A stretch of 64,000 nt of DNA from Porphyridium purpureum (taxonomy: Eukaryota): assembly GCA_008690995.1 (NCBI GenBank), contig VRMN01000005.1:186001-250000 (forward strand). The letters are read 5' to 3'. Position 1 is the stretch's first letter. Each line of letters starts with the position of its first letter. The notes beneath the pieces are model-generated. The model was not told the origin of the DNA. It did no database searches and worked only from the letters and a program-made list of their open reading frames with translations. Positions 1-14,200 of the stretch are shown here, piece after piece. The translations under genes and the position numbers were made by a program.

Positions 1-2086
1 GCTCAATGACGGTCTCGATCCTTCTAAAGCCCAGCGAAGCACCATCCTGCGGTATTCTTGTCGCATCATAATCAAACTTACCGCCACGTGCGCGCATACG
101 CATCTCACGCTCGAGCTCGAAGCGTTCTGCAGCCTGCTGCAGAATACGCTGCCATTCCTCTCGCTCACGTTGACGTGTTGCTGCTTTGCCAGAACGTCTG
201 CTCTCTTTGAGCTCCTGATCCTCCTTTTCGTAACGATCGCGGAAGGATTTGATATTCTTCTTCATCTCATTTAGCTGGGACTTGACCAGCACTGAAGGTG
301 GAGTAGGGCGCCAAAGAAACTCATAGAAAACGTCATGGCCGGCTGAGTGCAGTTCGCGACCCACACAATTCCAAATCATGTAACCACTTTCGAGCGAGCT
401 GCGCTGAAAAGGAACGCTCGACGCAACAAAGCGACCCGATGGATCCCATTTGACATCCGTAGCCTGGAAGTGCTCTCCTGAACTGATTATTTCCTTGTCA
501 GACACGTGCACCCACTCAAGTGAGCCGTTCTGTGTGGAAGTTAGCCCGGCCAGGAGAAGAATGCTGCCTTGCGGCGACCAAAACAAGTGCGAGATTGTCT
601 TTTGTTCCAGCGTCCAAACAGGCTTAATCATATCCACAGATGCTGCCGCGCCGGGTGCGGGATTGCCCTGCATCGTGTGGATTTGGACATCCCACCGTCC
701 ACCAGGCGAGCCATCGGAGAGCATAAAAGCAAAGCGATGTCCCCTCGGTTCCCAGCCAAAATTTGTGATCGATTCTCCCTCTTTAAATTCCATCGTCTCA
801 ATCGGAATTCCCTTCGGCCGCATGCGAAACAACTCCAGGGTCGGGAAGCGGCCCTTCTTGCTCTTTGTCATGCGATTCACGAGGCAGCACAAATAGTCGC
901 CCTGAGGGTGCCAGTTCATGACAATGCCGTCCACTGAGAAAAGTGCGTTATTGCGCAGCTCGCGCTTGGAAGGCAGCTCCAGTAGCGTGACACGCGCAGG
1001 CGCGTCGCTGTTCTCTGGTGTCCAGTACGCCATCACGTTATCCGTCGGCGACCACGTAAAGCGCTGCACATCGGGTATCTTGATGCTTTTCTTGTCGAGC
1101 AAGCTCATTGTCTCCACGCCGTACACTGAGATGACACCGGGGCCCATGCGAGCAAACATCGAGTCCTCGTGATTCCATGTAAAGACAGGCCACTCCATTT
1201 TCTTGCCCGCAGGCTCGCCGAGAAACCCACGCAAGCAGCGCCCTGTTGCAACCTCCCACACCTTGATGCTTTGCGGGTCCTTGGGATTGTCGCGCTCCAC
1301 CTCTAACGCATTCGATGTGATGACGTATTTTTCGTTTGGTGAGAAAAGTGCAAACTTGACGTTCTTGTGCGGGAATCGCACCACCTTTTCCCACGCACTA
1401 CCACCCCACAGCGCGATACCTTGTGCGTGGAAGGTTGTTAGGTACGAGCCACGCGGTGACCACAGCACCTTGCTGTCCGTCCAATGCGTGCGCGCATAGT
1501 CGCGCTCCGCGCGCAGCACTGAATCCTGCCAGTAGATTTCCGTCTCATCTCCGTGGCGTATGCAGAACTGCTCGCGCCCGCGCACATCCATCAGCCACGC
1601 ACTGGTATCCACCACCGTGGCGGGTGCCTGCTTGAGCCGCGCCACCTCGTCCGGCTCACGAAAGTCGTCCGTCACTGCTTGCACGCGACGCACGTCTGCG
1701 AGCGAGCACGTCACCAGCTGGTGGTTCTTGTCCAGCTGGTAGCCGTTTGTTGCCTTGAGCGCCATTTCCGCATGCGACGGTTTCTTGTAGCGCACGATCG
1801 CAAACCCTTTACTCTGCTGCGTCGCGGCGTCCACGGGCAGAAAGACCCCTCCGTCGCTGGCACCGGGCGTCTGTGCTTGGCCATCGGCCGACGTACTTGT
1901 GACCACTGGCGCCAGCTGCCCGATCTCCTTGAAGATCTTGAGCAGCACGCCGCGCAGCTTGTCGACCTTGTCCAGCCCGACGCGCGGCAAGTTATCCACG
2001 ACCAGCAGACTGCTTTCGGCGTCGCGCAAGAACGCCTCGCGCTGCGACTCCCGCTCCTCCTCCCCGACGCGCCCGTCTTCCTCCAT
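1..2086 (-). CDS. eIF3b: Eukaryotic translation initiation factor 3 subunit B; 3' end runs off the window
   Basis: Not in the ORF track because there is no stop in the window. Manual minus-strand translation from ATG 2086 gives MEEDGRV..., an RRM (LLVVDNLP...SKGFAIVRY...NGYQLDKNH), beta-propeller motifs (WSPRGSYLTTFHAQGIALWGG; EHFQATDVKWDPSGRFVAS) and FLWRPTPP followed by a helical tail. Both ends read in the same frame. Confidence 0.93.
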   Translation of the reverse strand, partial: MEEDGRVGEEERESQREAFLRDAESSLLVVDNLPRVGLDKVDKLRGVLLKIFKEIGQLAPVVTSTSADGQAQTPGASDGGVFLPVDAATQQSKGFAIVRYKKPSHAEMALKATNGYQLDKNHQLVTCSLADVRRVQAVTDDFREPDEVARLKQAPATVVDTSAWLMDVRGREQFCIRHGDETEIYWQDSVLRAERDYARTHWTDSKVLWSPRGSYLTTFHAQGIALWGGSAWEKVVRFPHKNVKFALFSPNEKYVITSNALEVERDNPKDPQSIKVWEVATGRCLRGFLGEPAGKKMEWPVFTWNHEDSMFARMGPGVISVYGVETMSLLDKKSIKIPDVQRFTWSPTDNVMAYWTPENSDAPARVTLLELPSKRELRNNALFSVDGIVMNWHPQGDYLCCLVNRMTKSKKGRFPTLELFRMRPKGIPIETMEFKEGESITNFGWEPRGHRFAFMLSDGSPGGRWDVQIHTMQGNPAPGAAASVDMIKPVWTLEQKTISHLFWSPQGSILLLAGLTSTQNGSLEWVHVSDKEIISSGEHFQATDVKWDPSGRFVASSVPFQRSSLESGYMIWNCVGRELHSAGHDVFYEFLWRPTPPSVLVKSQLNEMKKNIKSFRDRYEKEDQELKESRRSGKAATRQREREEWQRILQQAAERFELEREMRMRARGGKFDYDATRIPQDGASLGFRRIETVIE

Positions 2087-2433
2087 GACGCCCTTTCCTC
2101 CCCCGCTACGCACACAGACGCCGCCCCTCACACGTGCCGTCCGCTCTCGACCCACCCACAGCGCGCACACGATCGCTCCACGTCGCTCATGCCTCGACGC
2201 AAGTGCTATCAAAACAGCACGCGGCTGCTATGAAAACGCGCTAGGCGCCCTTTTTTCCCCTCTGCAGCGCGCCGCACGCCGCGAGCAAAAGCACTCCACA
2301 ACTGAACACTCGCTGTACATCAAGTTCAGTGCAGCTGCGAGTTGAGTACAGTGAAGAAGTGTGCATACATAAAAAATTGCGGTTTAGTCAGTGGGTGGTG
2401 TGCCCCGCGCGCGCGGAAACAGGTGCAGCAGGG

Positions 2434-3618
2434 TTAGAAGCGCGCGATGTATTTACAGGTGACATCCCACGCCTTGCGCGAGATGTGCTTGACCCGGCCG
2501 ACGGGTCGCGGCGAGCTCGCATCGGTTGCCGACACCAGGCGGTCGAACTTTCCAGCCGCGCCGCCGCGCCCGGCGCCCGGGCTTGACGTGGGTGAGCCAT
2601 GAGTGCTGGATTGACTGCTGATGCTTGACCCCACCAGCGACGGTCTTTGCTTTTGCGGGCGCACCTCCTGCGGGGCAATCCCGCGCGCCTTCAAAATCTG
2701 CTGGATGCTGTCTGCCAGCTCCAGTGCGGTGGGTCGCGCGTCCACGTCCTGGCTCAGGAGGCACGCAATGATCGCCTTGGCGGCACGCGTCACCTTGTGC
2801 CAGATGGACTGCGTGAACAGCTTGTCGCCACATTCTCTTTGCCTGCGCTGAACGCCTCGGGCACTCGTTCCGTAGAACGGATACTCCCCGCAGCACGCAA
2901 TGTACATGCACACTCCCAGCGCGTACATATCGTTCGCAAACAAGTCGCGCCGCGGCTCGCAGCTCAAACACTCTGGCGCCTGATACAGCGCGGTGCCTGG
3001 TTGTGCGAACGGCGCTAATTCCAAGTCAGCACCGTCGTGCGCCGGGGCATGGGCGAGTCCAAAATCGATCAGCTTTGCACGCAGGCCGGTCTGCAATCCC
3101 GTTGCCTCGTATTCTGACTCTTCCACCATGATGTTCTCCAGCTTGACGTCTCGGTGTGCGATGCCCTTGGCGTGTATGGCCGCCAGCGCCTCGGCCACCT
3201 GCTTGACCACGACTAGGATCTCGTTCTCAGTCATGCTCTTCACAGCAAGCCGCTCAAAAAGATCGCCACCGGGCTTCGGGATGTACTCTGTGATGATGTA
3301 GTAGGCGTCGCTGTCTTCCACGTGGTCGAGCAGACGCAGAACCGACCTATGTCTGACAGCACTCAGCGCGAAAATTTCATCCTGCACCTGCACGCGCTGC
3401 CGAGGGCACGGCACATTGGGGTTGTCCTCTCGAAAAACCTTGTAAATGGCCTTGACGGCAATTTCCTGCCCGAGCACATTGGTCGCTACGTAGACTTTGG
3501 CCTGACCTCCGGCCCCCAACACGCCTTTCAAAAAGATGCCGCGGTACACAAGCTCGCGCGGCTGTAGCAAGAGCGCCGAGTCCGAGTTGCATTTGCGCGG
3601 CGTGCCCGAGCCTTCCAT
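2434..3618 (-). CDS. Ser/Thr protein kinase, CAMK-like
   Basis: GAGGQAKV glycine loop, IAVK, HRDVKLEN, DFG, GTALYQAPE, DMYALGV. First ATG is at 3618; the ORF track starts upstream at a non-ATG codon. Confidence 0.9.
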   Translation of the reverse strand: MEGSGTPRKCNSDSALLLQPRELVYRGIFLKGVLGAGGQAKVYVATNVLGQEIAVKAIYKVFREDNPNVPCPRQRVQVQDEIFALSAVRHRSVLRLLDHVEDSDAYYIITEYIPKPGGDLFERLAVKSMTENEILVVVKQVAEALAAIHAKGIAHRDVKLENIMVEESEYEATGLQTGLRAKLIDFGLAHAPAHDGADLELAPFAQPGTALYQAPECLSCEPRRDLFANDMYALGVCMYIACCGEYPFYGTSARGVQRRQRECGDKLFTQSIWHKVTRAAKAIIACLLSQDVDARPTALELADSIQQILKARGIAPQEVRPQKQRPSLVGSSISSQSSTHGSPTSSPGAGRGGAAGKFDRLVSATDASSPRPVGRVKHISRKAWDVTCKYIARF

Positions 3619-5211
3619 GATGCGTTTGCCGCTAGGCGACAAGGCGGTTCTCGAGAAGCGAATGGCACCACGGCTGCAAGGACGAAAGCCAAACTATGTT
3701 GCTTGTGCAGAGCAAGGTTTGTGATGCCCAACGATGCACCTTCTTACCGCTGTGTCTGCATGAAGTGACTACCATACGGCCAAAGCAAGTGGTTGTGCAA
3801 GCAGATTAAATACCCCAGGCGCATCACCCCTCGGACGCCGAGTCCTGTCGGTGGAGTTTCTGTCACTGAAACCGGAATCGAGGCGAGAAACCCGGTCGAG
3901 CGCAAGCGGTGAGGTGGGTGCAGCTCGGGCACGGCCGGCAGCTGCCAACAGTGCGAATGAGGCGAGGTCCTTTCGGACGCCGTGCTGCTCGCCCCGCTGG
4001 TTGGCGGATGCAGGCGCGCCCGTGTGTGAGTATGCCCAACATTCACACCGCCAAATGCTAAGAACTCTCATCTTCCGATTTTTGACCCAAAAAAACCCCT
4101 TCCGAATCATGGCATTAAAATAACAAAAAAAGAAAGAAACCCAAAAAACCCCCCGTTTTCAAGGAAAACCGGGTGAGACCAACACGCAACTGGTCGTGTT
4201 GTTTATTTTAGTAGTAGTAACCATGAACGAAACGTTATGTGAGCGATAGTCTGATTGATGAGTACGGTTCTCGTACGATTCAAGAGACGATGGTAGAAAC
4301 ACAAAAACAAGAGGAGCTAGGAAATGACCGGGAGCGCATGCCGTCCAGTCAGCATCCGGGGCCTCAATGCGAAAGGGGCACGACGTTGGCGGGCCGGCCG
4401 GTCTGCGTTACGTCGTGTGCGGGGAGCGCACAGTCAGCACAACCAGACGTATGGAACTCACGCCTCGCTCGCGTTGTTTTCGCGCGGGGGGGAGCGCCGC
4501 AGCAGCTGCTGCTATGCAGTGACCACTGGTTTCGCGGGGCTGGGTCGATGAACAGGTAGCTCCGTTCGACAGGCGTTTGTGTGCTGAGTGGGATGTCCAA
4601 CGCAGGACATTTGGCGAGCGTGTGCGCACCGCGATTCAACATACGGGTGTTGCGCCTGTTCATCGGCAATATACCCGGACGACGGCTCTTCATGCGACTC
4701 TGCGCAAGCGCCAGGTTGTGTGTAGATTCGCTGGCTGCGTGCGTTCGTGGTTCGGACGCGACACATGCATCCGGAGGCGCGGAGCCAGCGCGCCCGCCCA
4801 GGCCCAGAAACCATGGTGCTGCTGGGCTGCCTAGGTGTCAAGCACATTCTCGACAAAGCTGGCAGCGGCGGCGTTGATCGAAGAATGCGCTGTACCTGTG
4901 CAGTGTACATCTGACGATTTAGTGTACCGCGAGGTACACCTGTCGAGAACGGAAAATGACATGAAGGGCATTGGCTTCATAGAGCGCGCGACATGTGCCA
5001 AATCAGGCGATATGGCTCATTTTTCTAGTCGCTGAGCGCGGGACTTGAGTGCGGCAAAACGTTTGGGAACAAGGCGTGTGTGTCGGCTCTCGCGCGTTCG
5101 TGCCTGCGCCTTGTTCAGCAAAAAGGCGGGGGCAGAAAGGCGCGGATGCGCTGTGCGGCGTCCCTGCGCGTGCGTACACGCGACGCGGATGGGGCCTGAA
5201 CATGACCGACC

Positions 5212-8200
5212 ATGGCAACGAGCATCGTGCTGTACGTGCTCTCCGTGCTGGGGCTCGTGCTCTGGTTCGCCGTGCTTCCGTTGTTGCTGCCGCGACTGAC
5301 GGGCTTGTTCGTCACCCGCGCGCTGAATCAAAGTCTCAACCATGCGGTCACAGACCCGCGTCATAGGTGTTGGGTGCGCGTGCGCCACGTGAGTATTTTG
5401 ATCCTGTCCGGCCGCATCAAGTGCAGGGACGTAAGTTACGCAGACGGCCGCGTCACCATGCATGTGGATGTGCTCACACTCTGCCTCGCCTGGTGGATGC
5501 CGCTGTATGATAGTCCACCGAAACCCCGGGCGCCTGGCGGCGGAACAGGTACGCGCTTTGACCCCAACCAGGCGGCTGACCGGATATCTTTTGATGCAGA
5601 CGTTCCCGGCTCTGCTTCGGAGGAGGCGGAGGATAGTGCCGCCTCCGCTCACTGCGAAGCCCTGCTCAAGTCATTTCTTGAGAAGACGACTGTCTCTGCT
5701 TCGCGGCCCGTGCGTCGCTCGAGCTTTCAAACCACTGATAGGCAGCGCCCAGTAGCGCTGCGACTTTCAGGACTCAATATTCGGGTATACGATCGCGACC
5801 TTCTTTTCGGTGGTGGCGCTCCCACTGCTCGTGCGTCGTCGAGCGCGAATGCCAAGTCTACGGTGGAGTCCGGTGCTCCGTCTTTGTCTTCGTCAACAGA
5901 GAGCAAGTCAGCGGCGCCTTCGCCACCGTTACCCCAAAGTGAGCACGGGGTGTGCTCGAACCGGGATCACGCTAAAAGCGTGGGTCAAAGTGGTCCATCG
6001 GGCTCGAAGCAGAGACAAGATGAGTACGAATCCCCGTTGTTAAATGACGGGAATGCCGCTCCTGAACTGCCCAAACGTCACATCGGATTTGAGCCTTTCT
6101 GGTCGAGAATGATGTGCAAGGTGCGCGTGGAAATCCATGTGCTTTGCGTATGCGTGCATGACTTGAAAGCGGCACCGACGCTATGGGTCACGGCGGCGTG
6201 CGGGCGTGTCCTCTACGAATCGGCTTCCTCCAAGAGTCCCCTGGACGCATTTCGTATGGTTCCAAGAGTAAGATTGAAACGGATGGCTGCGTATGTTGCA
6301 GAGCAGGACGAGCTTGCGAAAAACCCGAAGCCTGCGAGAGATCGTGGTCTTTCGGCGAAACTCAACCCTGTAAAGGAAACACAGACCGACTATTCAGGTA
6401 ATAGACAGCGCGCAAGCGCTTCGCACCCATGGGAGTCGCAAGGGGATGGTCGTTCGGGGTCAGAGCAGGCCATTCATACTTTTGATGACTTTGACACAGG
6501 CAGCGACGCGGGTGCTAGCCATTTTCGGCTTTTTAAAGCACAGAATGTGCTGCTGAGCGGCGTGGTCGATCAAATGGAGAGCACACTGCTTCTCTCTGAT
6601 TTGGAAAAAGTGGCAGCCAGCCGTGGTACACCACCACAGCTGTCGGTCGATTGCGTATTGGAGGGATTCCTCAGTATTTTGAGTATGGATCGGCTACGCT
6701 TACTGCAGACGCTTTGGTCGCACTACAGCCCGCCATCGTACGCCGATGTTATTGCTGTACCGTACGGCCAGCGACAGCCATTGGCGCTAGAAGTTTCGTT
6801 GAATGTATGTGCGGTGCGCAATTCGCCTTTGCTAATTATTCCTTATTCACCCAGCGCGGCGAGTTGGGAAGGTCATCCGTTTTTCTCGAAACCCTCTGGA
6901 TCTGCTGGCGAATCTGAGCCACGGGCGAATGGTGGACTCGACGTGAGTCATCATCATGAACGTGGAAGCCGGCTCAATTGGCTTGGAATTCCATTTCGAT
7001 CTCGTACTCAGCCCGAAACGGTTTCGAGCGGTCAAGCAAAATCAAGTTTCGCCACCATTCTAAAGCAGGCTGCCGAAATGACAGTGGCTAAGCGACCATT
7101 ACGAGTGAAGCAGAACAACTGCGAGTTGCACGTAATGCAGAGCGGAGTGCCCTGGTCCGCACTGATGCGGATCCCCTTCTATGGCCCGACCGCCGAATCC
7201 AACGATGTGAATCAGTCAAGCGCGCCGAGCGCGCCAGTGTACCATACCGAAATAGGCCTTGTTGCCCACAGTCCGACTCGTATGGTGTCACGAGGTATCG
7301 TGAATGCAACGGTGTGCGAGATTGCGCGAATGGACATTTGCGTGGTTCTCGAGAATTCTTGTGCGTGGGGAGCGCATGCGCGCACCTTTGTGTCTGCACA
7401 GGTGAGCAACGGCGCGGTTCTGCTCACCAGAGACACAGTCCGTGTATTGGACGATTGCTGGAATCATGTGGTGCGTCCAGCCCCTCTGCAAACAGTGGAA
7501 GCGCAACGAAACAGCAGGGAAAGTAGTTGCGCAGTGGCGTTCTGTGACAGCGCCTTGTATGACCAGCTAAGCGTGTTTGTCCCGAACACCACTGACATAA
7601 AATTGCGAGCATCTGAAGTCAAATTTGTGCTCGGTGCAAACGACCACAATATCTGGGATTGTGTCGATGTGCTAGTGCGACCTCGAGGCGATCCGAAAAT
7701 CTGCCACGATCATCTGGTAAACTTGCACCTGGTGGGGCCAGGTGCAAAAGGCCACATAATGGAGAAGAGCGCGCTGGTTTTTCGGCAGGCGCGAGCGAAT
7801 GTGGTCGGTGAATTGCAAACGGGTCGCATAGATCAAAGCCTTGAGACGCCGTGGACCAGCATCTCATCTGAACTTGGGACTGTGCGCATGGTCACAATTC
7901 CTCAGGGCGCGAATATGACCGTACAGTATGTCACGGAACTTTCTCAGTGTGTGCGTATACCTGACTCGCTGGGCCACGCCAGGGTGACTGCATCTGCGCA
8001 CGTCGCGCACATGGATGGTGTGATCAACTCGAGGCAGGTGCGCTATCTGCTTAATGTACTGCAGAACTATACAGGTGCCGATACGTTTTCGTCGCAACGT
8101 GAGCAAAGGGACCGTAGACATGGAGACCGCGCAAGCAGCATGCAGTCAAGCGTCCCATCACGTCTGCGAGAGGACGGCATGGCGGTGCACAGAGTTGAAG

Positions 8201-11200
8201 CGAGAGCGCCAGTCTCGGCAAGAATTCCCGGCGTGAAGACCGTGAGTGTGCCAAAGCCTTATGCCTTTTACGTTTTCCTTGAGGTGAAGATGGAAAATGT
8301 CAAGTTTGACATTTGGCCAGCCCCAGATGCGGCGTGGCCCAAGCCGGACGCATGGTTCTCAGCAACCCCTGTCATTCCCCTTCGCATGCGCCTATCCGGA
8401 TTAGTTGGGGTGGCAAAGTTGAGCCCAGGCCACCAAGTGACCACGATTCAGATGGACCCGCGACTCCCTCTTGAATTGTTCTACAGCTCATGCAGTCGAT
8501 TTAATCATCATCGCTGTGGAACATCTGAGGACAACCTGACCTGCGCGGCGACGAAAAAGGAAGATTATGTCGTACAACTTTGCACCTTCTCCTTCGTGCG
8601 TGAAAGTTTTTTCAGCAGAGCACACGGCGGTGCAGTTCCCGGGCTGGCTTGTGCCCCATACTACACGAAGTGGTCCATTGATGTGGGAGATGTGAGAGGT
8701 TGCGTCTGTGTCGGCCAGCTTGATACAGCTCTTGCGATTTTCGCATTGGTGGACCCAGTGAACGAACATTATAACGCAACAGAGGACCTGACTCAGAAGA
8801 TGACCGGCTTGAGCGTGAGCCGAGTGACATTTGGCACCATGGAAGTTTTTGTCGACCTGCTGGATGGGCAAAGCCTCGATGGTGACTCAAATTTCGACAG
8901 CGAAGAGTCGCGGTGCCGTGCCTTTGCATTAGTATCCGCCGGTAAGCGTGCGATCGAGTGGCGCGGATCGAATCTTGCTTCTGCAAGCGCGTGCACTTGG
9001 AGTGAGCTTAACGTGAGCGCGTTGGCCATGCATGTTTTTGTGGATAGCTGGCCGCGGGACTCTGGTCAGAGCACGGAGAGTTCTAAGGGAGGATCGATCC
9101 CATCGCAACTTGATCGGGACTCGCGGAAAGGGGACGCAAATACTTTTCAGCGATTCAAATCGGCGGTCCGAAGTTCCACATCTGGTACCGGTTTGGATGC
9201 CAGGGCGCGGTGGAAGGTGGCGTTTGACTCCAACGTCGAGTTTGCATACGTGAGCGAGTCGTCACTTCCTGAATGGGCACTAGTGGACGCACGGTGGCAG
9301 CGCGAAGTCATTCGCCAGAGTATAGAAACAGAAAAAATGCGAATGGCGAAGAGTGGCGGTGAGGCTCCGTTTGAGCTTAGGAGACTGGTGATCATTACGA
9401 ATAGCCTGTTATCTGTGGGGTCATCGATGTCGTCGCCGGTTCTCCAGCCTCCTAGTTTGAAAGGGAGAAAATTCCATTGCGAAGAAGATTGGGCGTTGAC
9501 TATCTTGTCGGAACGCGATGCGGTGTACAGGAAGGACTTGAATTTGAGCGTCGCCAAGCATGAAGAGCATCCGGCGGCTTCGCGCACTCACGCGCGCACT
9601 TTGCCGTACATGGATGGGGAAGGATTCAGTGAGCGCGCCGAACTCTCGCCCAGTTCCTTCATGAAGACCGACGATGGCAGTCCGCACTCTGAACTTGGGC
9701 CCGCACTTGTGCAGCTCAAGAGCTCTCTAGTGCTTCCGAAGCCATTGCGAATGGTGCTCTGTCCCGAAGTGCTCGAAATCCTGCACGCACTGCAAGCGCG
9801 CCGACTTGCTGCACTCGTTGCTCAACCGCAAAACCAGACTTTGGCTGCGGGCTTGCTCGCGCTGTGGAGTGCGGCCGCCAAGATATGGATCGCACAGGAT
9901 CGCGAAGAGTCTGAACTGCCGCACGTATTTGCCTTTCACCTTTGTGGTATTGAAATCCGACTGATTGACGTTTTCCCGCCCAAAGCGAAGGGGCTTGAAG
10001 GTGATTTTGATCACAGCCATAGTGTCCTTGCCGACACAAGCGCACCCAGGAAATTAAGCCCGGAGGGAGAGGCTGCTACAATTCTTCGCTGCGGGCGTAT
10101 CCAGGGTTTCCGCAAGACAACCATGACCGCAGACACGCTACGAAGTGTAGTGGATTGCGTCATGGACACATGTGCAGTCTTGGTTGAGGACAAGGCCGGG
10201 GCTAGCACGCCGCTAATTCAAGTGACAGCGTGTGAGGCGACTTTTCAGCGGCGCGTTGCGTTTCTTCATGATGGAATCAAGGACACTTCAGGCGCGTCTT
10301 CACCGCATATTCCTCGCGAGAGAGACCCGGGGCGCGGTCGAGTTGGTATAAGACGTGTCGAGCTACTTCCCATGCGCCCCGAAGCGATGCGACAGATGAT
10401 TACGCACTGGGTGTTATGGCTGGACTGTGTTCGCGAGCTTCGTCTCGTCTACACTGTCATGGAGCGCGTGTTATGGAGCATGGAGAAGAAGCTCGTGGAC
10501 CTCCTTGTTAGCATTTGGGACGTCCAGAACACAGCGGGCATACATGCAACTACTGGCAATGGGAACAGGCAGCGAATGCTGTTGGATACCTCTCCTCTTG
10601 CACTCTTTCACGCGGCTGGTTCGCAAGCAGAAATTGCACAGCCGGAAAGCACGAGCAGTCCGCTCAGCAATCCGTTGCGCGTGGACCCAACAAACTTGCT
10701 CGAACTGCCGGACGTGCACGTGACAAAGCTGGTGGGCTTGCTTTGCAAACACCGCACGAGCAGCGTGCTCGAGGACTCGTCAGCGGCGCCCGCCTTTCGT
10801 AGAAGCACGCTAGACTTGCAGCTGCGCTCCATAGTGATGTACGTCGGTTTGCGCAAAGCCCTTCACGTTCGACAGGTGCGCTGCACGCTGAATGATGGCT
10901 GCAAGCAGAAAGGACAAAGTGACCTCGCAGAGGTTGACATGTTCGAGTGCCGTCGCATCACGGGCATTCTTGACTTTGATGATGTACAAAGTGTTCTGAT
11001 CGCTTGCGAACCTGTGGCGAGCCGCCTTTCACGTCGGAGCCGCGCCAGGTACGAACACCTGGTCTTTCGACCATCGACTCTTGCATTCTTTTGGCGCGTC
11101 CTTGAAGGCAAAATTGAGTATCGCCCCGCTTCTAGTAGTGCCATTGAGATTGGCGCGGACGCCGCAAGTGGCTTAAGGCTCGGCACCAGTGTGGCCCCTA

Positions 11201-14200
11201 CCGAGTGTGCGCTGATTGCTGAAGCTGGACACAAGGAAAGGCATGCGAACGACCATATCTTCAAAGTTGAAGAGGATGGCAATCGTGCATGGCCAGATAT
11301 TGGCAGTGGCAGTGGTCAACAGAGTCATCAACTGGAGCCGTTACGAGGCGAAGAAAATTTTCAGGCTTACAGCGAGATTAATGCTGCAGGCATGAACTTG
11401 CACAGCGGCTTTGACGATGGATCCTTAGCATGGGGCTGGCGAAGTTTGCTGGTCGCTCCGCGGAAGGATAGCCATGGCGGCCACGGACAAGGCTGCGATC
11501 ATGACAATGGAATGAAAGGTGCATTAGATCAAAAAGACACCACAAAGTGGATGTCCGATGAAACGCAGGCTACGAGAACTGGACCCTCTGAAGGGGAACA
11601 TTCAGGCAGTCTCCCAGCTATCATTTGGCGTTTGCGACGCGTTTTGTCTTTGAAGCACGAAGACCGATCCCCAACTGCAGCTTCAAAGTCACCACGTGCC
11701 AGAATACATCCTTATGAGTCCGGGACCGGAAGCGTTCATGACGAGAAACCGGCGTTGCCCGCGTGGGCGCCCAGGGCGCCGGATTTTCCGCATGCTTTGG
11801 ACCGCATTACAGGCTTTCTGCAGGCATACTGGCGGGGCCAGGACGACGACGAGACGGCGGTTGCACCTGGAGCGGGCGCAGAAGCGGTTTTCCGCGCGCG
11901 TGTACTGGGGCTGGATGAGCACAGCGTGAGAGTGACAATCGTCTCTGTGTGCACGGCGCGACTTGTCTTGCGCTCGTCAGAGAAAAAGCCGAAGCTGCTC
12001 GACTCACCGTCGCAATTGGAAATGCTGATTGAGCGTGCCGGACTCGTGAGGCGGGTCACTTCTCGTATTGAATGCGCACAAGCGAGTATTCGTCGCATTC
12101 ATGTCTCTCTGGATACCCTGGCTGGCCCATTGATGCGTGTATTTTCCGATGAGGCGGCGTTCAGTGCGTCGCGGGCGGGCGCGATTCGTGTCTTGAGCTT
12201 GGAGCCTGGAAACATTGTCGAGGAAGGCTTAACGTTTCCGACACCAAAGTCAATCTTTGCCACAGTTCGCTCTTTTTCAGCAAGCATTGAAAGCGAAAGT
12301 TTGCTTGACCGCTTTGCCTTTGGCTCGTATTTTGTTGTGTCATGGCGCCGTCTGTACAATCGCTTGTTGCTTGTGCTGGGGGCCTTTGCGGAGAATAGTG
12401 ATCGTGCGGACGTGCAGAGAAGTAGCGTGACAAAAACTGAAAGACCAATGGCGGGGCTCTCTTCTGGTTCTTTCCCGCGTTCAGATGCTGCGTCAACGTC
12501 TCTGCGCATGAATGTGTCGCGCCAAACGGTATCGCTGCTCGACACGGTATTGCGAAAGAAGACACCGGCGACTCGCAGTAATGCGCGAGAGATTGATCGC
12601 CAGGTATCACGCCGAGCACTTTCCTATACGACACGCGCGGATACGGGCGTGTCACTAGGCGTGTTGGCCATTAATACGCTTGTGGTGACGCTGCGCTCTC
12701 GCCTGGAGTACCCTTTCAGGTACACGGTGCAAAACGCGCATGGCTCATACTTTGCTCAAATGGACCTTTCGCGCAGCAGAAATATTAGTAGTAGTAGCAG
12801 CAGCAGCAGCAGCAGCAGCAGAGGCGACAGCAGCATGCTGCTCATCGGTGCGGACAGACAGGAACTCACCGTACATTGGCATCAGAGCCCAATTGTGCGT
12901 TTGACACTACCACTGCTCGATCTGACAGCTTACAAATTGGAACGAAAGTCTGCGCTAGCAAGTGAATTCGGAAGAGAGCTTGTGATGTGGACAGTGCAAG
13001 TGCATATGCTCGAATGGGTGCAGATATTTTCCCCGTCGGAATTGCAAGTGATTGCGTTGTCTGTGGCAATTCTGGGGCTTGACTTCCGGAAGGCATCTGA
13101 TAGGCGCTTGGACAACGCACTCGACCAGCTCATGCATGACGCAAAGATGTCAGTGATGCACTTTCAGTCGCAGCGCGGCCAACGGAGCACACGCAGCAGC
13201 GCGACATTTCTACTCCGCAATCCAGGGACAAAGGCCATTGAAGCAGAGGTCAACAGATGTGTGGTTTTTCGTTTCTCCGTGGACTGTCAGCGAGTGCGTG
13301 TCGGCATGCGTGTTCGGAGCACGGTGACGTCCGAGGCAAAGCTTGCGGTTGCTGATGTGCACGGCATACGGTTCAATCTTGAGAATAGTGGCGTTTCAGG
13401 CATGCTGCGATGCTCACTTGATCTCGCGCGAAACGCCGTTTCGATGCGTTGCGGGCCCGCTGGCACCAGCGGTACCACTCGCGCCGCTATGTCGGGGGTG
13501 CAGGTGCGCAACGTCAAGTTTGGCCTCTCATACGAGCTTGCGGTCTCAGATGAGCTCTCGCAGTCGCTTCAGCATCGCATTTGTGCACGTGTAGAGATGA
13601 CCGATATAGTACTCGTACGGCTCCAGCCAAATGTCTTGGTGGTCTTGGAGGAACTTGCAGATGCTGTACGCTTCCGTGATGCTCAGCCTATTGATCTCGC
13701 ACGCGGCGGCACGAAGACTAGACTCTCCCGACTGGCATCATTTCACGTGGCACTTGCCCTGGTTGTCAAACGCGTGTTTGTTCAAGTGCCTATTCCGCAT
13801 CATAGTTTGCGATCCCCAAATGTGATAGGGTCACAGCTTCTGACCAATGTCAACCCGCCGAAGCCGGAGTACGTAGGCATGGAGCTTCTCGAGTTTTCTG
13901 CAGTCGTGAAAGTGCACATGCATGAGGCTCGCACTAATCCAGTTCCACGTAATCGACTCGAAAATCTTGGAAATGTGTTCTATCAGCCGGCTATCGAGGG
14001 TAGCTGGGGCACGGTCGTGGGCATAAAGGGCTCCGTCTTGCGTTTATCACGTGCAAGGGTGGTTTTTGCAGAAGTCCGCAACATGCAGGTAGACATTGGA
14101 CAAACAGAGAATGGCTCCATCAAGCCAGATCTGGTCTGTGTACACGTATTGCTTGGCCCGTGGTGCGTGTTTTTGCACGCGCCTATAATCCTGTCCGTCT

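Noticed and set aside
450..2345. Several plus-strand ORFs of 100-226 aa
   Set aside because: They are antisense shadows of the eIF3b gene and have no recognisable motifs.
3700..5200. Short ORFs between the kinase and BLTP1-like genes, and a homopolymer-rich patch at 4075-4170
   Set aside because: No motifs. Likely divergent promoter or UTR sequence; the patch may be low-quality sequence.
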